A stretch of DNA of 64,000 nucleotides from Octopus sinensis (GCF_006345805.1 NC_043020.1:24676001-24740000); one strand, 5' to 3'. Counted from the stretch's first letter, positions 24,571-39,317 are shown. Numbers and translations: made by a program. The notes: a model not told the origin generated them from the letters alone.

Positions 24571-25119
24571 ATTAGTAATATTTCTAATTTTAGCGGAATG
24601 GGCAAGACGATTACATCGCCTCCTTTCACCCCAGGACACTGAAAAGCAAAAGAAAACGTCGAGATTGATCTGAAACTCAGACAAGCCACCAAGAAGATGG
24701 GCACGGCAGCTGAAGCAAGCTCGATGGTTGTTGATAAGAAATTGCAAGTGGAACCGTTCGCAGGCGAAATCTAGGTCAGTCTTCGCTGCGCCATCAAAGC
24801 GTACAGGTTAAGGGGATAATCGCTTGTGACCCTGAGATACCTGCTGCAGATATGGAAGGGTTTCCAAAATTGCGAGGAATTTCGAAGAGAAGTTTGCAAA
24901 AGCTCCTGAGAAGCACTTGCAGGTTCTACATGGGGCAAAGCATCTCTCATGTTTATTGATATGGGGCAGACTTATTCAATTATTTTCAAAGAACGCAATA
25001 ATCGATAACTTTTGTACAATTATGTATTTATTTTTGAGTGAAATTCGATTAAATGTAATACTTATCTAACTCTGAACATTTTCTGAGTTCCATATGGAAT
25101 TTGCCTCAGTAAAATACAG

Positions 25120-25312
25120 CGAATGTGCATTTAAATATTTCGTCTGCCGTTACGTTCTGAGTTCAAATTCCGCCGAGGTCAACTTTGCCTTTCATCTTTT
25201 CGGGGTCGATAAATTAAGTACCAGTTCACTGGGGTCGATGTAATCGACTTAATCCGTTTGTCTGTCCTTGTTTGTCCACTCTGTGTTTAGTCCCTTGTGG
25301 GTAGTAAAGAAA
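25120..25312 (+). mobile_element. SINE family B (long-tail subfamily)
   Basis: gttctgagttcaaattccgccgaggtcaactttgcc...ccttgtttgtccactctgtgtttagtcccttgtgggtagtaaagaaat; same tail as 63401-63633. Confidence 0.88.
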
Positions 25313-25339
25313 TCTATATATATATATATATTATATATA

Positions 25340-25575
25340 ATATATATATTATATATATAGTTAATCCAAACATTGAAAACACAAAGAGAAAACACAACTC
25401 GAGGACGTGTAACAAGTATAGTGTTATTGGACGCTCAGGAAAGGAAAGAAAGAAGGAGAGTTTAACGTTTCAAGCGGAGCTCTTCGTCAGAAACATAGGA
25501 AAAGGAAAGATCCAAGGAAGGGAAGACGGAGGAAAAAAATCGCCAACGGTACACACACACGGTCACATTTTGAAT
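25340..25575 (-). mobile_element. Penelope-like pLTR relic with minimal hammerhead-like motif
   Basis: The - strand at 25460-25494 reads GUUU-CUGACGA-A-GAGC-UCC-GCUU-GAAA-CG-UU-AAAC; the element lies between TA-rich tracts. Confidence 0.6.
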
Positions 25576-26327
25576 ATATATATATATGCATGCACGCACA
25601 TATATATTCGCGCGCGCAGTCTCATATCTATATACACAGCAGCAAATCTATAATTATATATATACTCATATATTTAAACTTTATAGATATTTTTATCTAA
25701 TTATGTATCTAAATATATATATATACATAGATATATCTAAAAACAAAAATATTTAAAACGTAAAAACACATTTTCTAAAAATGTGTATAATTTATAACAA
25801 CATATATATAAAATCATATATAAATCTATTTAATGATAACGTATGTGTGTATATATATGTATGTATATATGTATGTATGCATGTATGTGTATGTATGTTC
25901 TTATAAATAAATATGTAAAAAGTATTTCCCATTCATCTATCAATTTTTAGAATAACATTGTATCTGATGTCGCTAACGTGCACAATTACATCCTCCTAAA
26001 AAAAAATCTCTCTGATCAAAAAGTCGGAAAAATCTAAAATCAGATAAAGAAAAAGAAAGAAAGAAAAGCCCACGCTAAAAAGACGACAAAGAACATTATA
26101 TTAAGTTTGTCTTTTTTTTTAGTCGTGTCTCAGAATCCCGGCTTTTGTCTCCTTTTCTGTCTCTCTCTCTTCACCCTCACCCTTCTCCACCTCGCCTCTC
26201 TCTCCTCTTTCTCTGCTTCTATCTTCGCTTTTCATTGCTCTTTTATCAAGTCCTATTTATTTCACTTAATCATCTCTCATTTTTTTTATATCTTTCTAAA
26301 GAATATCTCTAGCCATTCGACTATCTA

Positions 26328-26392
<65 letters not shown>

Positions 26393-26499
26393 GTCTGTCT
26401 TCCTGCCTATCTATCTATCTATCTCTATCTATCTATCTATCTATCCGTCTATCTATCTATCTATCTTCTCTATCTGTCTGTCTGTCTGTCTGTCTGTTG

Positions 26500-26546
<47 letters not shown>

Positions 26547-26733
26547 GTCTGTCTGTCTATCTATCTATCCATCTAGCCATCTATCTATATATCTATCTAT
26601 TTATTTATCTATATCACTAAATATCAAGTAATATATATGTATTCATATATCTCTGCAGTTATGTCTGTGTGTGTCTGTGAGTGTATATTTCTATATATGT
26701 AGGTAAAAGTGTTTACATATGTTTGAATGTGTG

Positions 26734-26768
<35 letters not shown>

Positions 26769-26771
26769 GTA

Positions 26772-26808
<37 letters not shown>

Positions 26809-27246
26809 ATATTCTGTGTGTGCGTGTATCGCAGTAAGTGTCTATATATCTACCCACCTATCTTTGTCCCTCACTCTCTCTTTCATATATATATATACAT
26901 AGATAGAGAGAAAGAGAGAGCGAGAGTGTGAGAGAGAGAGAGATCTATCGCTAACCGACACATCATCCTTCCATGTATTTCCATTTATGCAGCGCTCTCC
27001 CTACTCCTATCTCCCACAACTGACCCCTTCAAGCGGTTTCTCCTACTTACTCTCCTCTATGTTAGAACCTCTCCTTTTTCATGGCATCAACATCTTAAGT
27101 GCTCATTATATCCCCACTTCTCTAATTGGCCACCACAAAAACAGCAACACATACTCACAAACAATGCAGGCGTATGTACAGAGGCTTACACATATCTACT
27201 TGCTTGCATATGGGTTTATATATACATATATATACATTATACATAT

Positions 27247-27277
<31 letters not shown>

Positions 27278-27385
27278 CTTGTTCGTATGTGTGTATCATA
27301 TGCTAGTATCTGTATAGAATGTGTACCTCTTTGTATGTATGTATATTACATTTTATATATATATAATATATACATATATATATAT

Positions 27386-27770
27386 TCAGTATTCGTTTCA
27401 GTCATTTGACTGCGGTCATGATGGAGCACCGTCTTTAGTCGAACAAATCGACCCCAGGACTTATTCTTCGTAAGCCTAGTACTTATTCTAGCGGTCTCTT
27501 TTGCAGAACTACTAGGTTACGGGCCAATAAACACACCAACATCGGTTGTCAAGCTCTGGTGGGGAGACATACACACAAGCATATATATATATGCATATAT
27601 TTATATATACGACAGGCTTCTTTCATTTTCCGTCTACCAAATCCACTCGAGGTTTTGGTCGTCCCAAGGCTATAGTAGAAGACACTTGTCCAAGTCGCCA
27701 CGCAGTGGGACTGAACCTGGAACCATGTGGTTACTAAGCAAGCTACTTACCACACAGCCACTCCTGCGCC
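27386..27770 (-). mobile_element. SINE family A, full length
   Basis: gtttcagtcatttgactgcggtcatg...cttaccacacagccactcctgcgcc; TA tracts on both sides. Confidence 0.92.
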
Positions 27771-27790
27771 TATATATGTTTGTGTTAATT

Positions 27791-27839
<49 letters not shown>

Positions 27840-28369
27840 CGCTGAGTCGGCGATTGATTTTGGGCACGAATGTCTAGCTGCCCGATCAATTTAACTCCGC
27901 ACCACCATCATCAACTGAATTAGCGTGCATAGTGGCTGAGTATTCCATTGACCCACATCCCCTTAATGTAACATGTGAAGCAGAATCAGAGTGACAGTGT
28001 TTGACAAGGCTGGACCTTCAAATTAAAGTCAAAATCTATTAAACAGACTTTCCTTCCAATTTCTGTCCGCCTCGTTCCATTTAGAAGACTTGGGTCATCC
28101 TGAAGCTGGAATAAAGATACTTAACCAAGACACTTCAGTAACACCCAGTAACCCTTCCATTTGTGCTTGCTTGTGCGTGAGTGTGTATATGTATGCTTAT
28201 AATCAACAATGAGTGCATTGCATCTCGTAGGAGAAACAGCGGTAAGCCAATGAAGTTCATAAGATAAAGTATTCTTTTGTCATCTCATTTGCTAATTACC
28301 GTTCTATACTAGTCTAACACCTCGTTCTGAAGCATGCGCATATTGAGTTCTACACCAATCTTCATATAC

Positions 28370-28426
<57 letters not shown>

Positions 28427-28815
28427 TAATACTAAGCAATAAAGGGTTTAGCAACGAATTGCCTTACCACATACCGAATTTAGAAATAGCAGTCAAAGAG
28501 TTATAGCTACTTCTTCTACTAAAAAGGGAGATCTCAGTAAAAACAGCAATTGGAAGGCAGACACAAACAGGTAAGAGAGAATGAATTGACGGCAATCTAT
28601 CATACATTTTTAAGTTATCTACGGACGTACGTTTCGAAATCAAGTTTTTAGGAAAGCACAAGAATTAAATATTAAATATTAAATAATTCTATCTTACCGA
28701 AACTTCTTTTCTCTTCAGCGTAGAATACTATAATCATAAATGATTATATATTGAATTTTGAGATACTAGAAGGCACCAACTCAACTCAGTATCAGAGTAT
28801 ATATATATATATATG

Positions 28816-29035
28816 AAATATTACAAAAACCTGCTCTTCAGAGTTTCACGTTCCCGTTCGTCGGACCTCACTCAAAATTGTCCGACGAACGGAAACGGGA
28901 AATTCTGAATAGCAGTTTTTGGTAATATTTTTCTGATGATGTTTTCCCAGCTTTAATTATAATAAATTATAATAGTATTCGAGTACTAATTTTTCCCACC
29001 TTGTTTCACATTTATGTGCTTACTTTAGTGTACGT
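28816..29035. mobile_element. Fold-back element: 51-bp inverted arms (28816-28866 and 28880-28930), 13-nt loop, longer right extension; Penelope-like relic suspected
   Basis: Six substitutions between the arms; the outward-reading left arm gives ccgacga-acg-ggaa-cgt-gaaa-ctc-tgaa-gag. Confidence 0.6.
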
Positions 29036-29049
29036 ATACATACACATTG

Positions 29050-29134
<85 letters not shown>

Positions 29135-29181
29135 TATTATCCCAAACTTACAGGGGAAAATTCAATTTAGAAATACTAAAT

Positions 29182-29232
<51 letters not shown>

Positions 29233-29313
29233 TCATACATATACAGACACAATGTTTTGTCAACATATATTCGGAAGAATGTATTACGTGTTTATAACCG
29301 CGTACGCGCGTGT

Positions 29314-29344
<31 letters not shown>

Positions 29345-31300
29345 TATAAGTGTTTGTGAATGGCTAGAAGCACGTGAGTGTCTATATATGCTATAGCGAA
29401 TGGGTGCGCGTGCGTGCATGGTGTGTGCTTGTATGTATGTGGTGAAGGGTTAACCCTGATTGTGTCCCACGATCACCGAGAGATCCGATAAAGATAAAAA
29501 AATGTCAATTTGAAACTCCCCCTCCTCTCATCGCTCGTCTCTCCCCACTCCATCTTCGTCCAAACATGAAATGGGATCCGAGGAACGGCTGGTAATGGAT
29601 ATGAGAGAGAGAGAGAGATGGTGGTGGTGGTGGCAATATTTGTGGTGTTGGTGAGGGTGGTGGTGAGAGTGGTAGTAGAGATGGGGTAAGCTTGCTGGCG
29701 GTAGTGGTGTCTGTGGTAACAGAGATTCTGGTGGTGGTAGGGGTGGCGAGGGCGGGCACGGCGGAATTTTTTTCGTGATGATGGTGATGTTGGTGGAAGT
29801 AGAAATGGTGGGGATGATATCGTGGGTGAGGGGAAGGTGGCAGTGAGGGTAGAGTTTCAGGACCAGCTATATATGTTTGCGTAGAAGTGGTATTGGTGGT
29901 GGCGGTGAGAGGTGTTGGATCTGTGACATATGTGTATAGTGGTAAGAATGTAAATGAACGCACTGGTGGCGGTGATGGTGCTAGTGATGGTCGTGGTTGG
30001 AGGTGCAGTACAGGAGAGCTGAGTGAAGGGGCAGTGTATGTGTGTGGCGTGGTGTAGATTCAAATAACGGACATAACGACCTAACATCGTTGAATGTGGT
30101 CAAACGGGGGCGGCGGCAGCGATGTCAATGTTCGGACGGTGTGGTGGAGGTGGTTGTGATGGTAATATCACTGTTGTTAATTACCATCAGGTCAGCTCTA
30201 ATCCAGTTAGTCACTGATCAACTGATCAACGACATTCCAGCCGTGACTATCACGCCTCGATTTTTCTTTTCTTTTTGTTTCTTTGCAGGGAATCCAACAC
30301 GTTCATATTTTAACACCGTGTGACGTGATTTGTGGGGAAATTTGGTTGCTATTTCTAACAGTACGTGCGACTATGTAAAAACACTTCCTCCCTGTTTTCT
30401 TTGTCCTTCACTTATTAAAAAAACTGTATAACGTTGTTTCAGGTTGTAGCGACTGCTATTTCTAACAATTTCAGCGCCAGCGTAGAAGCATTCTTATTAG
30501 CTGTTGTGTATTAATACCAGTAAGAACGGTGGTGGTGGTGGTGGTGGCGGCGGCGGCGGTGTAGTGATGAAGATGGCGAAGCTACTAGCCATGTTATGGG
30601 TGGTGTTAATAGTGGTGGTCATATTAGTATTGATGATGGCTTTGCTGTTGTTGTCGTTTGTACTGTTGTAGTTTCTATAATTATTTTTGACCCAAGTTAT
30701 CCCAGACAAGACAGAACCATTGTCAATGGCCTTTTCAGCAGTTTTCCGTCAGTATTATTGTCGCTGCTTTTGCTGCTGCTGCTGCTGGAATAATTATTAT
30801 TGCTATTACTATTGTTGTTGCTGGAATAACCATTATTAATTATTATATCAGTATTATTACTAACATTTTTATTAATATTATTAACATTATTATTATTATT
30901 ATTATTATTAACATATTATTCTTATTCTTCTTACTATTATTATTCCAAGAAGGTAAGGCAGTGATTTCAGGAATGTTGGACGACTGTAAAGAGACTTTCT
31001 GTCTCTCTTGATTGGTTCATTCCTTACGTCGTCGTTGGTGGCGACGGCGGCGGCGGTGGTAGTGAGGGTAGGTGGAGAAACGTGGTCGAGGTTTTAAGAT
31101 GTGTGAGTGGGAGGGAGGGAGAGGAATTGAATAGAAGAGTAGGAGTAAACATTGAGCAATTTCAGGGGATGTATGTGTGTGTGTGTGCATATATATACGT
31201 ATATATATATATATACTCATTTCATATTTGTGTGTGTGTGTGTGTAAGAGAGAGGTAGATAGATACTTAGATAGATAAATAGACAGTCAGAGATAGATAG

Positions 31301-31336
<36 letters not shown>

Positions 31337-31337
31337 G

Positions 31338-31413
<76 letters not shown>

Positions 31414-31442
31414 CAGAGAGACAGGCAAATAGATAGACAGAC

Positions 31443-31475
<33 letters not shown>

Positions 31476-31500
31476 TGTTTCTTTATTAGCCACACAGGGC

Positions 31501-31556
<56 letters not shown>

Positions 31557-32495
31557 GACAGAGAGACAGGCAAATAGATAGAGAGACAGACAGACAGACA
31601 GATAATGTCCACCCATGTGAGGACAATTGTGTCAATAGCCATTAACATTAACAAGAAGTATAAAAAAATCACCATCAAAAACAACAACAACAATAATAAT
31701 GAGAAATAAAACAAAATATATAAAAAATATAGGAAACGAAAAAAAAAATAGTCCGGAATGTAGGGAAAGTAATAAAAATATAAATACATGTGGTGGCGGG
31801 GGTTGGTGTTTAGGGGACAATGTAATGAAACCTATAAAAGGCTATTGAATAGGGGATATGTGATGGTGCAGGGAAAGAAGGGATAGGGATGACGGTGGTG
31901 GTGATGGTGTTGGGGTAGGGGTTGTAGTGGTTGTAGTAGAGTGGTATAGTCACGGCCGTGATGTTCTTAGTGGTGTCAGTGGTAGTATCGCTGTATTTTG
32001 ATGCTGATACTGGTCGTTATGTTGTGTTGGTCATGGTAGTAATGGCGGTTGTTAGTAGTCTTGTTGTCGGGAACAGTAGTGATTGTATCGGTAGTGTTGC
32101 CAGTGGTGGCACTGTTGTTGTGGTGTTGGTGCTAGTGGTAGCAGTGCTTCTTACCTAGTGTCTCAGTCTTGAAAACGTAAACCTTTGATCAAAGACAGTC
32201 CAACTGCGACCATATCGCCTGATTAGAGATATACCGCGCGATTACGTTAACTAATGTCACTTTTCTTTTAGCCAGCAGGGTGCAATATGAGGGAGATAAG
32301 GCTGCGATATTTAGCATTTTACCGAGAACAGTGTAGCTTTCTCATTGACTGGAGGTTGATCATGACGGTTATAGTATATCGTTTAACCCCAGGTCAACTT
32401 TAAACCAGGAGATGTTTAAAGGCGCTTTCTCCGTGAATGTAGTCTTTTTCACAGCTCTATACAATACTAGAAATTAAAATAATAATAATAATTAT

Positions 32496-32830
32496 AACAA
32501 GAGTACTCAGAACTGCGCAAACCTCCGCCAAGGCAACACCAACGTCCCCTCAACGATAAGCCGGTGATGATTTTTAAAATGAGAATATCTGAAATAAACT
32601 CAACTGCTCTCACAAACGAGAATACTAAAAATGAAATCGATCGCTCTCAAAAATTAAGTGAAAAAAAGAACAGGAAAAATTAACCAGAATCCTTGTCCGG
32701 TTCTAGATCGATCCCAAAATTAATCAGTTCGTGCCAGTCACAAGGCTAAACATCCCTGAAAGTTTCATCCGAATCCATCCAGTGGTTCTTGAGATATCTT
32801 GTCCAGGGAGAAACAAACACGACTGAAAAC
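32496..32830 (-). mobile_element. Second HINE copy (same family as 19055-19421), 5' end missing
   Basis: aacaagagtactcag...aaacctccgccaaggcaacacc...gtttcatccgaatccatcc...gagatatcttgtcca. Confidence 0.78.
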
Positions 32831-32851
32831 GATGAAGTAAAAATAATAATA

Positions 32852-33166
32852 TGCTGAGACCCCTTTTGGTCATGACTGACCATGGGATTGCTCAGGCACA
32901 AGTCCGGGCAAGGATGTTTATGGAAGCCTAGCAGTCGTCCATGCATACCGGCCTCCCCTCTCCACGCCACCAGTGTTATCCAAGGGAAAGGCAAATGGCG
33001 ATACAGCTTGGCACCCGTGACATCGCAACTCATTTCTACAGCTGAGTGAACTGGAGCAATGTGAAATAAAGTGTCTTGCTCAAGAATACAACACGGTCCG
33101 GGATTCGAACTCACAACCTCACGATCATAAGCTTGACGCTTTAACCACTGAGCCATGCGCCTTCAC
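32852..33166 (-). mobile_element. SINE family C, near full length
   Basis: Head gtgaaggcgcatggctcagtggttaaagcg...gtgagttcgaatcccgg (A and B boxes) followed by ttgagcaagacactttatttcacattgctccagttcactcagctg. Confidence 0.88.
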
Positions 33167-33201
<35 letters not shown>

Positions 33202-33211
33202 TAACAATAAC

Positions 33212-33249
<38 letters not shown>

Positions 33250-36200
33250 TAATAATAATAATAATAACAATAATAATAATAATAATGTGTGTGCGTGTAG
33301 TACTATGGCAAGACTGCGATTACGGTGTGTGTGTGTGTGTGTGATACAATGATTTCTTTCTCTTAAGACTCTAGAGTTAGTGGTGATTGTTAGGACAATT
33401 TAGTTCTCATTAAGTGGATTAATTATGTAGCTGGTCATTGCTCATTTCGGCAGTTGATATTGCTATGGGTTGGTGTTGAAGGTAATGATAGTGACGACGA
33501 CGGTGGTGGTGGTGGTGGTGGTGGTGGTAACGGTGGCAATGGTTGTCCTAATGTTTTGGGGCAGCCACCAACGCGATCTCGTGTTGATGGCGGCACAGTG
33601 ACATGGTGTGTCACAGGACGAATATATCAATATGGCGAAGACACAATAGTAATGGCTGAAGGTGAAAAGAAATCTGTGAATGTTAATGTGTGAGGATGGG
33701 GTCAGAAAACAATGCTGAGAATTACCAACACACACACACACACACACACACCAAGATGTCTAAGAATCTATCAATCGATCTATCCCTTGTCCGCATTTCT
33801 CACTATCCTAATCTCCCGCCACCATTGAGAAGTCCTCTTTGTAGTCATGTGGATTCGAGTTCGGTACCAGAGCATGGTTCCTTAGATACCACGGTGTCTG
33901 CTGCTCCGTCTAGCCAATACTTTAGGAGAATGATTGGTAGAGAGAAACTGTACAGCTGTGTCCCGTGTGCGTCATATGGATACACATGCATGTGTGCATA
34001 CATACATATGTGTGTGCATGTCTTTGTTCTATATCCCTGCGCACTACATCTATTTATCGATATGCCCGTGTGTGTGTGTGTACAGAGAGAGAAAGAGAAA
34101 ATCTGACAGCAACTGTATTATTTTCACGTTGTACATGTGAAAAAAGAAATACAATTACTGACTAAAGACCGAAATAATCTTGAATGTGCATTCATCTTCA
34201 CAATATTCCATAGTCGGTCAGTGTATGATTTTTGTCGTATTAAATGATTCACTTTAAATACAAAGTAATATCTGCGCTGACGATATCTCCAGCATCGAAA
34301 CCTTATACAAATGTATACAACAGATTACTCAATATATTAAATTGTCTTTCTTTGATTTTCAATTTTGTTAAAGAAATTAATTTTTTTTAAAGAAATTAAC
34401 TGATTAATTTCTTCAGAGAAGTAAATGAACTGGATTTTATCGAAAACAAAGCAAGATGTCTCGATCGGAATGGTTTTTCGCTTATATGAGATTTAACTCA
34501 ATCAGCTCGTGAAGAAAAATGGAAGTCCTTTGCTTTTTGGGGGATAATTTTTTTTTTTCCATCAGAGAAGCCTTGCTGATGCAGAGACAGTTGAGAAGAA
34601 CCCTTAGAAAAAAGGCAAGATTTTACCGCAAGGAATAACATTAATAGCTTGCATTTATACAAGACACGCATATATACACTTAACTCACCCCACCCTCACA
34701 CGCACATACGCACGCATACATCTACAGAAAGATATACGCACATACACACACACATATATGCGCACCCATCCCCAGGCGTGTGTGTACATAGCGAGAACGA
34801 GAAAAGAAACAACTTAGGCGAGCCAGAGGCAGGTATTTGAACAAAAAGGGACGAAAAAATGTACATTAAATAACAACCAAAATAAATTCTTGTCCGCTTT
34901 GTTGAAATTATCTTCATTTCCAGAGAAGGTAAAATAACTACCTGGTGGCAATTAAAACCAATTCCGAATAAGAGGTGGAGATAATCCCAAGCATAATATT
35001 TCTCCATTATCTATATGGGAAAGAGTTTCATTCTCTGGAGACAAGAGGACAGTTGTGGACCTGATCCTACCTTAACGGGCATCGTCAGCACAGCAGTCGT
35101 CCTAATATCTCTTCAGCAGACAAGACTCTTAGTCAAAGATAAAAGGTTAGAACACGTGAAGAAAAGTAATTTGCATAAATGGAACGCAGTCGTTGATTGT
35201 GGTGGTGTTCTTACGGTTGATTTTGTTTTCCCGATTTCTTTGTTTTTCGTTCTTTTAGCGTTGCTTTCATTCTCGTTAAGTTTTTGTCGTTAATTATATT
35301 TTATTCCACCACCCCATGTTAACTGTGACTCAGCATATCTGTGATAAAAGATATTCCTACCGTGACCCTCGCATCTCCTAGATCGTTACTTCTTTTCTTT
35401 ACGACAGAGTGAATTGTAGGAGGTTTCCGTTGCCTTTTCTAGCAGATCAAACAACCGTCTGGATTATTCTGGATTATTCTGGATTATCACATTTTTTACT
35501 CGCCATTGTTGTGAATGAATCAATGTTCTTTCATTATTTTCGCTCATATCATTTATCGATGCCTAAGTCGTCGTATCAACACTTACTAAGACGAACTGTG
35601 ATCAAAGATATTCCAACTGTGGCCACCGCGACGCACTGTGCATCTAGACCTATACACCATGCCCTTCCTCAAAACTGTACGTTATGATTTGAGAGATATT
35701 TGGTTATTTTCTCTAGCAGATCAATCAAGAATATACAAGCTCCCCTTTAAACCTCGTTACTGCTCTTGCTGTAACTGTCGCTAATGTTGTTGTTGTCATT
35801 CCTATATTGCAGTTATTGTGCAAATCGTTGTCTATGTTATTGTAAATATTCTTGCTGTTAGTATTGTTGTAGTTGCTGTGGTTGCTGTACGTACCTATCG
35901 GAGTAGGTATTAAAGTTGTTATTTCAGCCATATTTCAAAGGCCACATTTACCACATTCTGTGTCACGCTGAATCAAACTGACAACTACGTTAAGAGTACG
36001 TACGTCTGTGGAGTACTCAACCACTTTCACATAATTTTCGCAAGCAAGCTGTTCCGTTGATCGGATCAACTGGAACACTCGTCGTCGAAACTGACGGAAG
36101 GTCAGGCAAGTAGTTGTTATGATGTTGTTGTTGTTGTTGTTGTTGCAGATGCTGTTGTTATTGCAATTCTTACCCCAAACACATTACATATAGTTATTGC

Positions 36201-36769
36201 TCTAGCTATCGTTTGACAATATAGAAGTTGTATTTGTAAAAGTTGTTGTTGTTCTTATTGTAGTTCCGGGAAGCCGAACTGAGCCAATCGCATCGAGAAA
36301 GATTATTAAAAAAGAAATAAACAAAAACATTAACACGAAATAAAATGGCGCTTAAGAAAAAAAAAAGGGATCAGAAAAAAAAAAAAAGATTTAAAAAGGG
36401 ACCCAGTGTAATGAGTGTATTAACCCCCTACCTACAACCAATACAACAGTCGTGAACTCGTTTTTTTCTTCTTCTATTATCCTTTTAACATTTTTAGTTC
36501 TTTATTGCTTTATTTTTATATTATTGTTTTTTTTTCTCATTATTATTATTATTATTACTATTATTATTTTGCCATATTTTTTATTTTTGCCTTTTAGACT
36601 TTCGTCCTCGTTGGTTTATGCATTTAATACGCTGCACATCTTACCACACACAAACTTGCATTACATACCTCTCTCTTGTCTCATTCTCTCTTTCCACACA
36701 TACACACACATCAGTTAAATAACACGTTACCTATCTATCTGTAGTTTTCTGTGTGAATGTATGCTTAAA

Positions 36770-37158
36770 TATATGTGCATGTATATATATGATATATATA
36801 TGACTATTATATATAGGTATATATAGTAATATATTATATAGATGATATATAGATGATATATATATGGATATAGATATAATGAGATGGAGATATATATATG
36901 ATATAGCTAGAGATGGATATAGATATATAGAGAGATAGATATATAGGTATATAGATTATGATATGTATAGATAGAATATATGTATATAGATATATCTATA
37001 TATAGATATAGATAATATGTATATATATATATATATGTATATATAGATATATATATGTATATAGATATATATAGTATAGAGATATAAGATGTATAGAGAT
37101 ATAGATGTAGAATAGAGATAGGTATATATATATAGATATGATATATAGGATTAGTATA

Positions 37159-37236
<78 letters not shown>

Positions 37237-37279
37237 TAGATATATAATATATATATATATATGTATATATATATAAGTC

Positions 37280-37311
<32 letters not shown>

Positions 37312-37356
37312 GTATAGATATATAGGTATATATATATATATTATATATATATATAG

Positions 37357-37387
<31 letters not shown>

Positions 37388-37396
37388 TATAATATG

Positions 37397-37444
<48 letters not shown>

Positions 37445-37446
37445 GT

Positions 37447-37479
<33 letters not shown>

Positions 37480-37577
37480 GATATATATATATATATATGT
37501 TATATATATATATATATGTATATATAGATATATATATATATGTATATATATATATATGTATATAGATATATATAATG

Positions 37578-37627
<50 letters not shown>

Positions 37628-37681
37628 ATATAATATATATATTAGGTATATATATAATATATATATATATATTATAATATG

Positions 37682-37720
<39 letters not shown>
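36770..37720. repeat. About 950-bp (TA)n/(TAGA)n degenerate tract
   Basis: Direct inspection. Confidence 0.9.
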
Positions 37721-37723
<3 letters not shown>

Positions 37724-37883
37724 GCTCGTTGGGTATGTTTTGGCATTTTGTCCTGTTCTTAACTCTCGTGTTTGCGTATGTTCAGTCGTGATGGTGTCCT
37801 GACACAATGTGTATTTTTAATTATATATATATATATACACACGTATGCAAATGGTTTTATATACGTGTATGTATATACATAAA

Positions 37884-37943
<60 letters not shown>

Positions 37944-38056
37944 CAGACATTAATACATACAAATAAATGTATGCGCATATACATAATTGTATGCCTATAT
38001 ATAAGTATCAGTCATTCTACAAGTGATATTTTTATATATCAAGTATGTAGTTTCTA

Positions 38057-38126
<70 letters not shown>

Positions 38127-38128
<2 letters not shown>

Positions 38129-38289
38129 GTAATTAAACGTGTATAAGGGACCCCTTTTTTGTCAAAGTTAGGTTTAAAAAATATAGGACTTTCTTATATA
38201 TGGATAGTATTATAATCATTTACAAAACGTTTTTTTCCAAATTTTAAGCCCCAAACATTGGGGGTCTCCTTCTATACGTCAAAATACGG
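38127..38289. mobile_element. Tc1/pogo-type MITE
   Basis: ta|ccgtaattaaacgtgtataagggacccc ... ggggtctccttctatacgtcaaaatacgg|tg; degenerate TIRs with TA on the left. Confidence 0.6.
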
Positions 38290-38881
38290 TGCGCACCCAT
38301 CTATTCTTACGTCAATAGGAGTGTTTATCATATGCTCCAAATTAGGTTTGGTTTTGGTCCTTTTAGTAATACAAAGCTAGCACTACTCCTGCTTGTTTAT
38401 CCCGCTTAATTAAACTTTTGGCCGAAGTCCCTTGAAATACTAATAAATTCCAACAAAATTTAGTGTTCAGCTAATGGTGGCCAAACCTCACTCCCTCATC
38501 AGTTTAACATCGTCATTTCGTTCGATAAATCGACGAATCTCAATACAATCTTCTGATCTGTTAATGTTAGGCACATTGTCTTCAAATATATAACACCTTA
38601 TCTTAATATAAAAATATCGAAATGTTAAGACTGGATAATGTAGTCCTAGATACACTATGAACACTATGTCTGGAAAGTTGCGATGGTCACTGCTTTAATG
38701 AAAGACCTCAATGACCAGCGTTGGGACTGATCAACAACAACATTTATGTTCACGTATATTGAGGCAGTTTACTTTGTTATCATTTTGGTAAAGAACCTTG
38801 GAGTCGTTGATCTATGCGTTTTTTTTTTTTTACCTTAGATTGAATTCAGGTTGGATATTAGATTCATCAGTTTCTTCAGTT

Positions 38882-39001
<120 letters not shown>

Positions 39002-39060
39002 ATATATATATCTTATACATATATATATATATACACATATATATATATATATAAAGGAAT

Positions 39061-39317
39061 CTGCAAAGGAATCTGAAACGTAGTTAATAATGATGAAATA
39101 AGTATTTTTGTGTACACGTTTGTGACGTCCTGTGCCCACATACGCATATATATATAAGTATAGATGTAAGTATGTACATATACGTATGTATATATGCATA
39201 TATATTATTTATATCTTATATATATATGCGTATGTGGGCACAGGACGTCACGAAACGTGTACAACAAAAAATACTTATTTCATCATCATTAACTACGTTT
39301 TTAGATTCCTTTTGCAG
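39061..39317. repeat. About 100-bp inverted repeat (39061-39158 and 39215-39317) around a 56-bp TA-rich spacer
   Basis: The arms differ mainly by single-base indels: ctgcaaaggaatctgaaacgtagtt...cccacatacgcatatatatataag versus its reverse complement. Confidence 0.88.

Noticed and set aside
24660-24960. Non-repetitive stretch translating to ...VQVKGIIACDPEIPAAD..., vaguely like I/Nimb-clade ORF1
   Set aside because: Interrupted by stops and similarity too weak to call.
34275-34305. ctgacga...atc-gaaacc hammerhead-like string (similar partial hits at about 48309, 50465-50500 on the - strand, and 58865)
   Set aside because: Helix I or II, or the GAAA/NUH part, is missing; may be very old pLTR relics or chance.
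34556-34640. Possible exon after ttttttttccatcag (ALLMQRQLRRTLRKKARFYRKE*)
   Set aside because: Short, no recognisable homology and no partner exons; acceptor-like sites are common in AT-rich DNA.
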